Below, piece after piece: positions 22,396-34,776 of a DNA stretch of 52,534 bases. Under the pieces are notes generated by a model, which saw only the letters and a program-made list of their open reading frames with translations, was not told the DNA's origin and searched no databases. Source of the DNA: Macrostomum lignano (taxonomy: Eukaryota). Positions within the stretch are counted from its first letter, which is position 1, and every line of letters starts with the position of its first letter. Made by a program: the position numbers and the translations under genes. The DNA lies in NCBI GenBank assembly GCA_002269645.1, contig NIVC01004263.1:1-52534 (forward strand), given 5' to 3'.

Positions 22396-25300
22396 TGATG
22401 AGGACGCACTTTTTTCCAAATCTCACGCTCGCACATGGGTTTCTGTAGTGAGCCGCTAGTTTATGGTTAGGCGTCGCCCTTGTCAGCCGTTCCCTTGCCC
22501 TCCCTTTGGGTTGCTGTCTGCCGCTGGTCAGCTTCCCGCCCCCCTTTCGTTGCCTGTTGCCCCCGTGTCCCTTTCCGCCCTGCTGCGTCTCCGTTCTCAG
22601 CCCTCAGTCTCTCGACTGCGGGCTGTCTCTGTTTCGTTTCCGTCCTGTTTTCCTCTGTCAGTTCTTGCGTTCTTTGAGTCTTAAAGTGCAGTAAACATGT
22701 TTACTGCACTCATTGGCCCTGTTTACCGGGTGAGTCACATGCTTTCGGACCCCTCCCTTCTCTAAGGAGAGGAGTGACTCATGTTGCTAAAAATAGCAAC
22801 TGAGTCACAGCCATGTGCACTCTGCCGGGGGACTCTCAAGTGACGTCAGTTCTAAAAATAGAACAAGTCACGAGGTCTTCCGCGCGCTTGTACCCTGCCC
22901 GAGACTCTCGAGTGACGTCAGTTCTAAAAATAGAACAAGTCACGAGGTCTTGCGCGCGGGCGTTTCCCGGCTATAAATAGGAGCCCTCTCCCCCTTGTTT
23001 CCGTCAAGGAGTTTCTGGTATTGAGTTTCTGCTTAGTGTCAGTTCTTGATTCCCGAGTTCTAAGACCTGTGTGCGTTAGCGTCTGAACTGAGCGCCCGAC
23101 TGTGTTTATTGAATCTGTTCTTATTGGTCTGACTGAGACCCTATTAAAGCACACCCCAAGCCTACGAGAGGCTAACTCAGCCCTCCCTGTACCCTCCAAG
23201 CCCGGCAGGTGCTGCTGACGAGACGCCTTATACGTTGAGCTGCAAATCTGCACGTCGTGCTGTGTTCGTTGACTTCATTATTTCGTTCCGACGGGAAGCT
23301 CACCTCACCGAAGGCCGAGACCTGAAGGAACTGGTGGCAGCACTACCTACGCTACTGAGAGAGCAAAGAGAACTTCCCACTGAAGAGGCTCGAAACTTAA
23401 GGTAATCTTAAGTGCCTAAACCGGGAAGAAAACCCAGTCTACTTCACTGGTGGCAGCGGTGGGATTCAAAGACCTACCAGGCCACCTAGAGACAACCCTA
23501 TGTACTTCATTCCAAACTTGTTAGCCTACCGATAGCAGGCTATGGGTGTTCTACTTCTTTTTGTGTAATTTTCCTAAAATTCATACTAGTAGGATTTTTG
23601 TAGCTATATGATTTAGCAATATATGCTTTGTGCTATATGATCAGGGCCTATTGTTCGTGTTCACTCAAGCGTGTGACAGCTTTGACAGCAATGTGTTTTA
23701 CCCCAAAAAGTACTTTAGGATGAGCGACTATCGATTTCTCTTCACCATCCTCACTCTCACTTAATGAGATCTTTCCAATGCATATTTTTCATTAATTTTT
23801 GTAATTCCTACGCGAAAGGTCATAAATCGTAACGTAGCGATTTTGAGTGATTTATGACAACACCTGGCGCATTTTTATGGCCCCGAGGGAACTGATAGGA
23901 TCTCCCGGTCACGTGACTTTGGGTGGCAACAAGCTCAGCCAATCAGAAAATTCGACGTCAGTTATAACAAATCGGCTCAGCCAATCAGCGTCGAGGTTTT
24001 CCATTTTAACAAACTGCGGTCCAGTTGACGGCTATTTTAACCGGTGTTCTTGGCCCGCTCGGACTCAACTTGTGGCCTACAGGTCACCGGCTCTTACCTC
24101 GGCTTAACCGACACCCGACTGTCGTCTCTTGATCCCCGGACTTTGACAACCCCCCTCATCATCAAGGACGTGTCCCCCGGTTGATTGCAACAATCATCGA
24201 GGTTAAGATCATCACCTGCTAGCTAATTGCGAGAATTGTGTCAGCATCATCCCGGGTCTACAGCTGCGAAGCACTAAGCCGATTCGGTCACTGTGGATTA
24301 CCTGGTCTCCGGCTGTTGAGTTTCTGATTGGTTGGGTGAGAGGCTACCTAGACTTGCTTGATTGGGTGATCCCTTATCTGTCCCCTATTTCAGTAGCTGG
24401 ATTAGGCGCACACTTTTGCTCTTTTTGTTCAGTAGTACTGTTGTTGAAGCAGAGATCATTCAATAATACTGCTAGTAGTCTAAAACTCCAATTCAATCTG
24501 AAGTGTGAAGTGATCTAAGGAGAAGGTTAAATCTGACAGTTATTTTTATCGGTTTTATTTCTTTGTTCGCCGATGGCTCAGATGAGTAGCTAAGCTAGTA
24601 GGCGCCGGTCATAGTAGACCAATGGCAAGGTAGTTCTCAGTGGATCAATCTATCAAATCAGTTAGCGAAATTGCCAATAGTGCAAAATCGGCGCCAGAGA
24701 TGTACTTTGTGCACTCTAGGTTAGCCAAGCGGCTCGGGTAATGAATTAGGCGGTCTCTGAGGTTCGAGTTAGCCTATCATTAGCGCTATGAGAGGCTAGT
24801 TGGCGCGTTGAAGGCCAAAAGTACAATTCTTCGTATTTAGCAATGTAATAGTACATGTAGCTACCCCATAGTCTCGCCACTGCAAGAATCCCCTGCACAA
24901 GTCCCCTCTGTACCTGCATGGCCAATGCGATCAAGTCCCAGCAGTGTCCCTTAACATCGGCTATGACTTCGAGATTGACAGAAGAAAGACACTAGTTGGC
25001 AGGTAAGTGCAAAGCCCCTTCTAGTCGGAAGCCCGATTTCGAGAGTCCCGGTGTGGTGAGCCAGGACGCACGATGTGTTTCTTATTACTGAGACCTTTCT
25101 CGGTAATCAAAGAACAATCACTTCTAGCACTTAGCTAGGCAACCCAGTAATCAAATGAAGGTACATGTAACTATTACCTTGAGTCCTGATCAGTAGATAT
25201 CGTCCTGTGCGTAGTTCTCGGTCTCAATCGGTTTAGACGTCTAGATTTAGTTGTCCTGGTCCAGGTTCCTCTTTACTTCCAATGAAGTCGTTTCCGGCCG

Positions 25301-26368
25301 GTATCTGTCGTTCGGACCAATCAGAAGCTTCAAATTATCAATGGGATCCCTGCGCCAAACTGCGGTTTCAAATAAGCCTTCTTCTTCTAGCAGTGCTTCA
25401 ATGCACTCTAGGTATAGCTCCGGTAATCACTGATAGTCCTCTAAGATCTATCAGGGTAGTCCTTCTGGAGACTACAACCAATGGAGTCTCAATAGACTCA
25501 AGAGTCTCAACAGACTCTAACACAATAACAATAACGAGTCGACTCAAACGACGGGCGCAAATGAGCAAGGCTTACCGAAAGACTCAGCCGAGTCTCGATT
25601 GACTTGGTCTGCAGGAAGTCCTCCTAAGGCTTCCTCTTCGGAGCTCTTCTCCTTCCTGAGGTCGGTTTCTTGGCTCCGGGTCCGCTTCGGACCACTTGTA
25701 TTTATAGGCAAATGGACCTCCTTCGAGGTCGTCCATCACTTTTTCGCAAATGTCAAAAGGTCACATTTTGGTGGCTGTCAAGCATGATAGGGCGGAAAGT
25801 TGCGCAACTAGTCTACTGTAAAAGCGCATGATTGGTTACCGTAGTTGGTAGTCTTTGATTGGTTCATCCGGGTGCAACCCGAGTGCAAACCAAATGATGA
25901 CTTGACGGTGGGGTCTGAGTTGACAGTTGTGGGTCGCACGTGATTGGATGATTTCTAAAATTGGCATGCTCGAGATTCCTCTCTTCTTATTGGTTGACTA
26001 AAATTGCGCGTGTGATTCAGTACTTATTTTTATACATGCTACTCACTATACTACTGAATAAAACTTATAAGTAGTACGTTAACAATTTGTATGACTTTTC
26101 TTGGGAGGTATAGCACTCTACACGCACAGGCTGGTGGCAGCGGATTAGTTAATCTGCGGATTAGCTGATCTCCACCTTCAAAATTCTCACTGCTTGTCTC
26201 TCGCTGTCACTCTCTTAGCTATAGGACCAGACTGCTCGCCACACGATCAAGTTACCGTGGGGCTGACATCTGACAGGAGTGAGGGGGGGAACTCTCTAAT
26301 TGATTCATTTCTGAGACCTGAGGCCCGAAGGCTTTTCCCAAAGAAGCCGAAAAGGCCGAAACCCATCA
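22396..26368. mobile_element. Cluster of nested LTR-like remnants inserted into the 23-bp satellite
   Basis: No coding capacity. TATA 22971-22980. PBS TGGTGGCAGCGGTGGGATTC at 23448-23467, with partial PBS copies at 23332 and ~26132. Additional promoter-like segments on both strands. Outer ends TGATG.../...CATCA. Internal boundaries unresolved. Confidence 0.65.
22685..22980 (+). promoter_or_regulatory. LTR U3 enhancer/promoter: FOX palindrome, 3 AP-1, 2 CRE, MEF2-type sites, 72-bp direct repeat, TATA
   Basis: Palindrome 22685-22710. TGA(G/C)TCA at 22731, 22775, 22801. TGACGTCA at 22841, 22913. CTAAAAATAG three times. CTATAAATAG at 22971. Confidence 0.6.
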
Positions 26369-26929
26369 AATGACTGACATGATATTTCTTTTATGGCTGA
26401 CATGACGCTTCTTGTATGGCTGACATGATGCTTCTTGTATGGCTGACATGACGCTTCTTGTATGGCTGACATGACGCTTCTTGTATGGCTGACATGACGC
26501 TTCTTGTATGGCTGACATGATGCTTCTTGTATGGCTGACATGACGCTTCTTTTATGGCTGACATGATGCCTTCTTTTTTATATGAGCTAGGCTTCCTTTA
26601 TGTCTTACATGATGCTTCTTTTATTTTTACATTACGCCATTCTTTCATGTCTGACACGGCGCTTCCTTTTTGTTTTACATGACCACGCTTTTCATTTTTA
26701 CTTTGCCAGCTGACATCTCAACAAAAAATTTTGACATCTCAGCAAGGTCCCTTTAACCCACAACCCTTCACATGTTAGCCATTCGCCCATGACCCTTCCT
26801 CGACATCTTAACAATTTACCTCGCGAGCCTTGACATCTTAGAAAGCCACCACAAGAATTGAAAGCTTAGGAATTTCCCCATAAGTCTTTTATGGTTGACA
26901 AGGCGATTATTCCATGAGTCTTAGCATCT

Positions 26930-27280
26930 TAGCAATTCCCCCATAAGTCTTGAGCCTCAACATTTAGGCAGCTCCCTCATAAGAATCGAAATTTCAAGCA
27001 ATTCCCCCATAAGTCTTGAGCCTCAACATTTAAGGCAGCTCCCTCATAAGAATCGAAATTTCAAGCAATTCCCCCATAAGTCTTGAGCCTCAACATTTAG
27101 GCAGCTCCCTCATAAGGATCGAAATTTCAAGCAATTCCCCCATAAGTCTTGAGCCTCAACATTTAAGGCAGCTCCCTCATAAGGATCGAAATTTCAAGCA
27201 ATTCCCCCATAAGTCTTGAGCCTCAACATTTAAGGCAGCTCCCTCATAAGAATCGAAATTTCAAGCAATTCCCCCATGAG
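26930..27280. repeat. ~67-bp tandem repeat, ~5 copies
   Basis: Unit aagcaattcccccataagtcttgagcctcaacatttaaggcagctccctcataagaatcgaaatttc. Looser relatives at ~21720-21890, ~26700-26930 and ~28490-28910. Confidence 0.9.
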
Positions 27281-29289
27281 CCACAGCATTTTGCAGGGTC
27301 CCTTTGCCGTTCAGGCAACGAATCCATGTACCAATGAAAATGTCGATTTCCGGTCAGAGAACAGGAATATAAGAAATATCGGAGAGCTTTTCTATCAAGC
27401 TTTTATACGCTGACGAGTGAATAATGATTAGCCGAATGTGGTTATCGATTCAGCAGACCAATTTTAATTTCAATATAAGATAGTTTCTCCACTTTGCAGC
27501 GTCCATAACAACTGAACGCACTGGGAAAACTTTTAGTCAGCACCGTTTGCATTTGCCAAAATAAATGTTTGCATGTCGCACCAACCCGATGCCGGATGCC
27601 AACTCTCACAAGTAAAAATGCTGCTGTATGTAGATTACTTATTTGAGTTTTACAACCGGATCTGAATTTTGCTCAAATATCAAGCTTTAACTGTGTTTAG
27701 ATTGGGAAAAACTGACTCTAACGGAATTTGCACAATTTAAACTACAATTCTGTATAAAACTGCATGGGTGCCAACTGCAGTATCCAGATCAGATTCCACT
27801 AAGTAAATTAAGTGTGAAAATTGACAAACATGCTTATGGCAATAGTGTAATTTCATTTGCGAAGCTTTCGCAGGAATTTTCATACGTTGTCTAATGTAGA
27901 AAAGGCGAATTATATCTTCTTGGAATAGCAATCAAACAAGCGATGAAGACGCTTTGAGCTACCAATAATGACGTTTATATCTCCAATATAATCTCTAAAC
28001 AGTTTTGAAGATCCTTGTCATTTAGTGCGAGTAAAATCGCTTTGATAATGAAAAGTTTTTTGCGACCAATTTTTTATTAGAGGCAGGACCTGGCGCACTT
28101 TAAGCGACATTGTCGCACAACCAGCGAGAGGCATTGACTCCCCTGAGCAGGCACACAAGCGCGCGGATACGTACGCAGTCACACGCACAGGCACACCCTC
28201 ACACAGGAGTGTACAGCGGCCCTAACTTTATTTACGTATGTACACTTCACTGCGCCTTGGGGGGTTGGCCCTCAAGGGCGTTGATTGAACGAGCAGAGCC
28301 AAGCCGAGATTCCAATTCAGCCCCAAATTAATGTGACTGCACTTTGAATCGAGCCTGGGACTCTGGAGCATCAGAGCACCGGCTTGACCACTGGGCAATA
28401 GCAATTCTTCCATTCATAAGACTTTTTTAGTCAGTCGACAAGGGGATTCTTTTATGGATTAATCCTAGCCCTAACTTAACCCTAATCCTTCTGAAGCATC
28501 AGCATTTCAGCAATTTCCCATGAGCAAAAGCATTTCAGTAATTCACCACATAAGTCTTGGCATCTCAGCAGCTCCCATAGGGCCTTGAGCTAAAGCATTC
28601 CAGATATTCCCCAATGAGACCTAAACTCAGCAGGTCACCGCCGCATTAGCCTTGACATTTTAGCAATTCCCCCAACAACCACAGCATTTGCAGTAATTGT
28701 TTCCATGAGCCTTGACAGCAAAGCAATTTTCCAATGAACCTTGATATACTAGAAACCCCACCCGTGAGCCTGACATCTCAGAAATTTTCCAAATGAAGCT
28801 TGAAATCATAGCATTCTCTCCAAGAATTACAGCATTTCATCTATTCCCCTCCAGCCTTGACATCTCAGCAATTTCCGCCGTAAGCCTTGACTCTTAGCAA
28901 TTCCCAATGAGTCTTATATTCAACAGGGCGCTTCTGTTTTGGTTATTATTTTTTCGTTCTTTCTTTCATTGAGTTTTCTTCTCTTTAAAATAGCTTTTAT
29001 TAAAGAAATTTGCGATGGTTCACTAACAGTTTAGCAATGGTTCACCAGCGCTGTTTCGCACAATACCTGAGCAGATAGCCACAAATCTACATACTTCTCA
29101 ATAAATCAAAACCATTTGAAACTTTTGCAACTTGCAATTAACAATTGATTTGCAATTCTCTCATACCTATTACTTTACTGTAATAAGTCAGATTAGCACA
29201 GCTCCCCCAAATTAGTGCTGCTCACCTAGATTAGCACCACACCGCCCAGCTAAGCACTATTCTCCCCATATTACCCTACTCTTCCTATA

Positions 29290-30010
29290 TCAGAACTCCC
29301 CCATATTAGCCCCACTCCCCCATATTAGCCACTCCCCCATATTAGCCCCACTCCCCATATTAGCCACTCGCCCATATTAGCCCCACTCCCCATATTAGCC
29401 TCACTCGCCCATATTAGCCCCACTCCCCATATTAGCCTCACTCCCCCATATTAGCCTCACTCCCCCAGATAAGCCTCACTCCCCCATATTAGCCTCACTC
29501 CCCCATTTTAGCCCCACTCCCCCATATTAGCCCCACTCCCCCATATTAGCCCCACTCCCCAGATTAGCCTCACTCCCCCATATTAGCCCCACTCCCCCAT
29601 ATTAGCCCCACTCCCCATATTAGCCTCACTCCTCCATATTAGCCCCACTCCCCAGATTAGCCTCACTCCCCCATATTAGCCCCACTCCCCCATATTAGCC
29701 CCACTCCCCATATTAGCCTCACTCGCCCATATTAGCCCCACTCCCCATATTAGCCTCACTCCCCCATATTAGCCTCACTCCCCAGATAAGCCTCACTCCC
29801 CCATATTAGCCTCACTCCCCCATATTAGCCTCACTCCCCTATATTAGCCTCACTCCCTCATTTTAGCCCCACTCCCCCATATTAGCCTCACTCCCCCATT
29901 TTAGCCCCACTCCCCCATATAAGCCCCACTCCCCCATATTAGCCCCACTCCCCAGATTAGCCTCACTCCCCCATTTTAGCCCCACTCCCCAGATTAGCCT
30001 CACTCCCCCA
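29290..30010. repeat. 19-20-bp satellite (TCCCCCATATTAGCCCCAC)
   Basis: About 35 tandem copies. Confidence 0.95.
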
Positions 30011-30648
30011 GATCAGCACTACTCCTCTATACTATCGAAGAGGAGTAGTAATAGCAGCACTACTATTCCCAGATTGGCACCACTCCCAAACTGACATTAG
30101 GCGGCTACTATTATCGCCTAAGAAGTTTAAAGTAAATCCCCCTTTCCAGAAATCGTCAGTTATCCCCACAGCAACCTGAAATTATCCCTTCTAATCCCGA
30201 AAAGCAGACTGCAGTCATACTCTTAGAAGCCTGCAGTTATCCCTTTTTCAGTCTACAATGTTCATTAGCATTAAGCCTTTATTCCCTTAGCGGCCTCTCA
30301 AAACTCAATAGTTATTTATCCTCCTCAGAAGTCTGCCATTATCCTCTCAAGCAGTCTGCAGTTAACCCCCTCAGCAGTTTGCAGTTTGTTCCCTCAGCAG
30401 TCTGCAGTAATTTCATTTGTAGTCTTCAAGTTCTCCTCTCGGCCGGCTCCTCAGTATCCTCAACAAACTGCAATGATCCTCCTTTCAACAATGTAAAATT
30501 TTTCTAGCATTTAGTAAGGCTCTCTAATCAATTTTCGATACATATTTTGGTATCAGTAATACTCCAAGCAGTTTTTTACAAAATCAAATTTGCTTGGCGA
30601 CTTGCGACGCCGAAAAGCAAAAATGATTCATTAAGTGTGCTTTGTTAA

Positions 30649-31190
30649 TTAAAAAAGTCGCCGACGGCGCAACAGGTCGCTTGGACGGACCAGGCCGGCG
30701 CGGCGATACAAAGCCGCGTTGGGCACTCGCTCGTAGCTGACCTTGAACGCGGCACGCAGCAGGCCAGCGTGCGCCGCGTCAACTTGTTGCTCGAGCGACT
30801 CCGTCAGCGTCCAGGTCTCGGTGTTGTACAGCAGGACGGTCTCGATCACCGCCTGGAACAACGCCGCCCTCTGGCGGTCAGGTAAGGCCTCGGACTGCAG
30901 GACTGCCCTCACAAAACGAAAGGCAGCCCAGGCAAGCCCGCGGCGACGCCGCAAATCCTCGCGGACACCGGGAACCAGACCGCCGAGGTAGACAAACTGC
31001 TGACAACGCGGAAGCTCTGTCGCCTCTCCATCAGCGCCTCGGCACAAAATTGCAGCCTCGATGTCGTCCGGCACGCAGAGCACGACGGTCTTCTGCGTGT
31101 TGACCACCAGGCCGACACTCGCCGCAACAGCAACTGGCTTGTCCAGTTGTCGCTGGGTGCCCTCGACAGTTGAGGACTTGACTTACTTGA
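30649..31190 (-). mobile_element. Degenerate RTE-type LINE fragment (RT C-terminal part)
   Basis: FVYLGGLVP...DLRRRRGLAWAAF...ALFQAVIETVLLYNTETWTLT closely parallels the ORF at 16059-17624. Confidence 0.85.
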
Positions 31191-32677
31191 CTTAGCACCT
31201 GAAGCACCCCGAAGGATTTCTTAAAGACACTGCACACTGCAGTCTGCAGACAGTATTCAGGCCTACACAGTGGGGAGAGAAATGTTGTGGCGCAATTTAA
31301 TTGAAATTTCAATTCAGTCAGTCGAGATTTTTACCTTTTCTAGCCTCCCATTGATAGTATTCGAGAAACTTGTTTTTCGAATATTTAATACCTTTAGCAT
31401 TGAAGCAGAATAAAGAAATTTGAACTGTCTTCTTTCCAGACAATTCCGAATCTTTTGGCGAAAACGCAAGCAGAATTGGTTAATCGGTTCAATCTCTACA
31501 GCAGTTAGGTGGATTTAGATTTAACTTAAATTGGATTTATTAAAATTAATAACAGGTTACAGGAACACTCACGTCTAGCATTCTGTGACGTTGTCAGTTT
31601 AAAGTGGTCCCGCAAAAGGGCCGTTGGACTACAATTTCACTACAATTTCTCATTTAATTTTCTCCAATCGTGTATTCTCACGTTTACTTGTAGTAGCGCC
31701 CAACGAATCTGTATCAATTGCTAATCATTGCGTACTTTGTAAGCTCTGCGTACGTCTGTAGGGTCTCGCCCGATCAATAATTTCAGTTCTCGCTTTTTCC
31801 CCGCCAGCCAATGAGAACTCTCCGCATATATTATGCTAACCCTCCTGCGCTCCTTTATTAACCCCGCCTGGCGGCAGGCTGGGGGTTTTGGCTTTCTCCT
31901 TTCTCCTCCCACTCCTTCTCCTTCTGGCTGCCTCTTCTCTCTCTCGCCACGGCCCCACCCCGTCTGGGCCAGACTTGTTTACGCATTCGTGCTCCACCTT
32001 GTACTGCCACGGGCTAGCGCCCAATCACGCTACTTTCCTGTCTGCCAGTTTGCCGCCGAAGACTGCCACCACTGCATACTCATCGCCATCGCTCTACTAT
32101 TTGCGTCACCTTCATCAAACTGCTCATCATCCTACTCAACCTATTCAATTCAAACCCATTGTTGCAGCCGCCAGTGCCCCCGCGTGCTATAGCCTCTGTA
32201 GTAACTTATATTGACAATTGCAATAAACAAGCTGCGGCCCTTACTTATCTTGCCGCTGATTTGCCAAGTGCTACCGCTACAAAATCTACTCCGCCATTGT
32301 TGAGTTCACCATCCTTTGGGAACCTGCAACTAATAACGTCAAAAATTTTCGTCAAAACGGCCCTTTTGAGGGTTGCAGCCACCACACCAATACGTGACAA
32401 ATTCTTACAATGCATTTCAAATCGAAAAGTCAGAGCTTGACCTTTACAAAAAAGCATGCCTTTCGAATATTTAATCCTTTTAGCATCGATTAATTTCGCA
32501 ATTTCTTAGCCAAGACACTTGTACCGTCACGGGAAAATTTCTGATCGAATGGTGTGCAAGTTTGAAGACAATCTGTCAAGGAAAGCGAGCTCTAGATCGC
32601 TATGGGCAAGCAAGCAAGCAAGCGTACAAACCTTAGAGATTTAGTACGCTCGTATATTTAAAAGATTGTTTTCTGTG

Positions 32678-33575
32678 TGTAAGAGCCATTATTCCTTGCC
32701 TACTATACTTATACATTGCCTTATAAATACGACTATTTTTTATATTCGATTGAAGAATTCTGTGCCTAATAAATATATGTTTTTAGTATTGTTAAGTAGT
32801 AAAATAGCATCAATAGTAGCTTTTAGCCTAATTCTGTATCTTTAATTAGTTTTAATACGTACGCCATTTTTGCCTGTAATACTATAAAAGAGAGAGAGAA
32901 AAATAAACGAAGGAGAACTTGCGCTCGTTGGTTTCCTCCGCCTGCCAATTTTAGACTCCGGTCTTGGCCCCAGCGGTTGTAATTGTTCCAAAAATAGATC
33001 TGAATTGGTCTTAGTCATTTAAAGGCGCTCCGCCTTCCCTCTCCCACGGAGCTTCGTACAGCCAGAAGCGTACAGGCCTCCTTTCCCCACTCTCCCCAGG
33101 ACGTGCAGTCCCACCCCAAGCCGCTCCCCTTTCCTCCTCTTTCCCAGAGAATATACGCCCCGCCCCTCAATCCTCTCCCCTCTTTGTGGACATTCTGTCT
33201 GCACAGGTGTACAGCCTTATTCCCTCGGACTTACAGTCTGATCCTCCCCCAAGCATCCCCGCTCCCGACCCTTCCTCGTAGAAATTTCCCACATTCATTA
33301 GGCAGATTGCCTTCTTATCTAATGCTGTCAGCATTCCCTATTAGTATTTAGAAGTTCCCCATTAGTGTGCTTTCCCAGGCAACTCTGATCCATCGCGAAG
33401 CCCTTAATTCCCCTCTCCCATCTTTATTCCCTCGGACTAGTTAAGTTAATATAGATTGTGTCTTGCCGCTCGGACACTCACGCCACCAGGAGCAACCATT
33501 GGCTTACTTCTATTAGTAATAAAACTAGCATATCTATCAGAAATCCCCAAGAATCCCATAACTTACCCTACAACA
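32678..33575 (+). repeat. 5' LTR (end placed at the first ...CAACA before a PBS)
   Basis: Starts TG; identical to 41132-41608 over 477 bp; ends CA followed by AATT-TGG. The end is ambiguous because of the cassette array. Confidence 0.7.
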
Positions 33576-33752
33576 AATTTGGTTGCAGCAGTGAGATTAT
33601 TAAACAGAGAGACAGAACCCTACAACAATTTGGTGTCAGCAATAGGAAAACTTCCCTCCCCCAAGACCCCTGTAACAAATTTGGTAACAGCGGTGGGATT
33701 TTCTTAATAATAAACAGCCCTATAACAAATTTGGTGGCAGCGGTAAAGGATC
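33566..33752 (+). repeat. Array of four LTR-end + PBS cassettes, period 51/51/50 bp
   Basis: CCCT(AC/GT/AT)AACAA(A)TTTGGT core with TGG at 33580, 33631, 33682 and 33732. The tRNA-Leu-like PBS variants are followed by unrelated spacers. Confidence 0.85.
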
Positions 33753-33804
33753 AGAATCTGGAGAAACGCGCAACCCCAGCCTAATTTCCCATCCCAATCC
33801 CTGA

Positions 33805-34776
33805 AGTAGTAAGGCCGCAGTTAACGAGGCCCTTGCGCTCTTAGCTGAAGAGCTCCGCAACCGACTCGAATTAGGTCCCCTCAGACATGTGAAGATCCAG
33901 AAGTACCTTCCCAGCCAAGATATTAGAATCTGGCTTACCGCATTTGACCAGAGATGTGAAAATGAAGGCATAGAAGAAGAAAATAGGAAGCAGGAACTAC
34001 TTACCAATTTAGACCTGAGTACTGCGTTTGCAGCAGTTCAACGCCTCAACCTCCCAGCTAATCTCCCCTATGAAGAGTTCAAAGAAAGACTAATCGAAAG
34101 ATTTGGAAAAGTAGGTAGCTCCGCTGAATTTCGCGAAGAGTTTAGGAATCGCTGCCAAGGCAGAAACGAATCCACTGACAGTTTTGCCGATGCTTTGATT
34201 GAATTAGCCTCCCGCGCATTCCTAAATATGGATGCTGAGCAGAGAGAGGAAGAACTGGTCGAACAGTTCATTAAAGGTGTGAGAACCCCTCCCGACACCC
34301 GTGAGAAGCTAATTTTTGCCCAACCTGCTAGTCTCCAAGCCGCCCGCAGAATACTGCGCAGAATTGAAGCTGCTTACCAGATGTCCCACAAAGGAGGAAT
34401 CCGAGTGACTAAGGAAGAAAAAGAGGAGTATAAAGGCAGAACTGACCAGTTGATCATCAATCAGCAGAACCAGATTGATCGCCAAGAACGAGTCATCCAG
34501 GACTTAAAGAAGCAGCTAGCAGCGCAAAGCGCTCCGCCACCCCAAGCCTATCCCCAGCAACAGTATAGACAGCCACCCCCTCAGCAGTATAGACTGCCAC
34601 CTCCTCAGCAGTACAGACCGCAACCCCAGCAGCAGTTCAGACAGCCACCCCAGCAGCTGATGAACCAACCGCCAAGGCGTGAACCCCCAAGAAGGAATGA
34701 GCGTCAGCCCCCCAATCCCAGATATGAGCCGCTGAAGTTCCGTAACCCCCGTGACTCCCAGAAGTCGGGAAACTGA
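33805..34776 (+). CDS. gag: Gypsy gag (no in-frame AUG at the 5' end; Gln/Pro-repeat tail, no Zn knuckle)
   Basis: KYLPSQDIRIWLTAFDQRC...YEEFKERLIERFG...FRNRCQGRNESTDSFADALIELASRAF...EQFIKGV. Frame open from 33805. Confidence 0.88.
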   Translation, partial: SSKAAVNEALALLAEELRNRLELGPLRHVKIQKYLPSQDIRIWLTAFDQRCENEGIEEENRKQELLTNLDLSTAFAAVQRLNLPANLPYEEFKERLIERFGKVGSSAEFREEFRNRCQGRNESTDSFADALIELASRAFLNMDAEQREEELVEQFIKGVRTPPDTREKLIFAQPASLQAARRILRRIEAAYQMSHKGGIRVTKEEKEEYKGRTDQLIINQQNQIDRQERVIQDLKKQLAAQSAPPPQAYPQQQYRQPPPQQYRLPPPQQYRPQPQQQFRQPPQQLMNQPPRREPPRRNERQPPNPRYEPLKFRNPRDSQKSGN

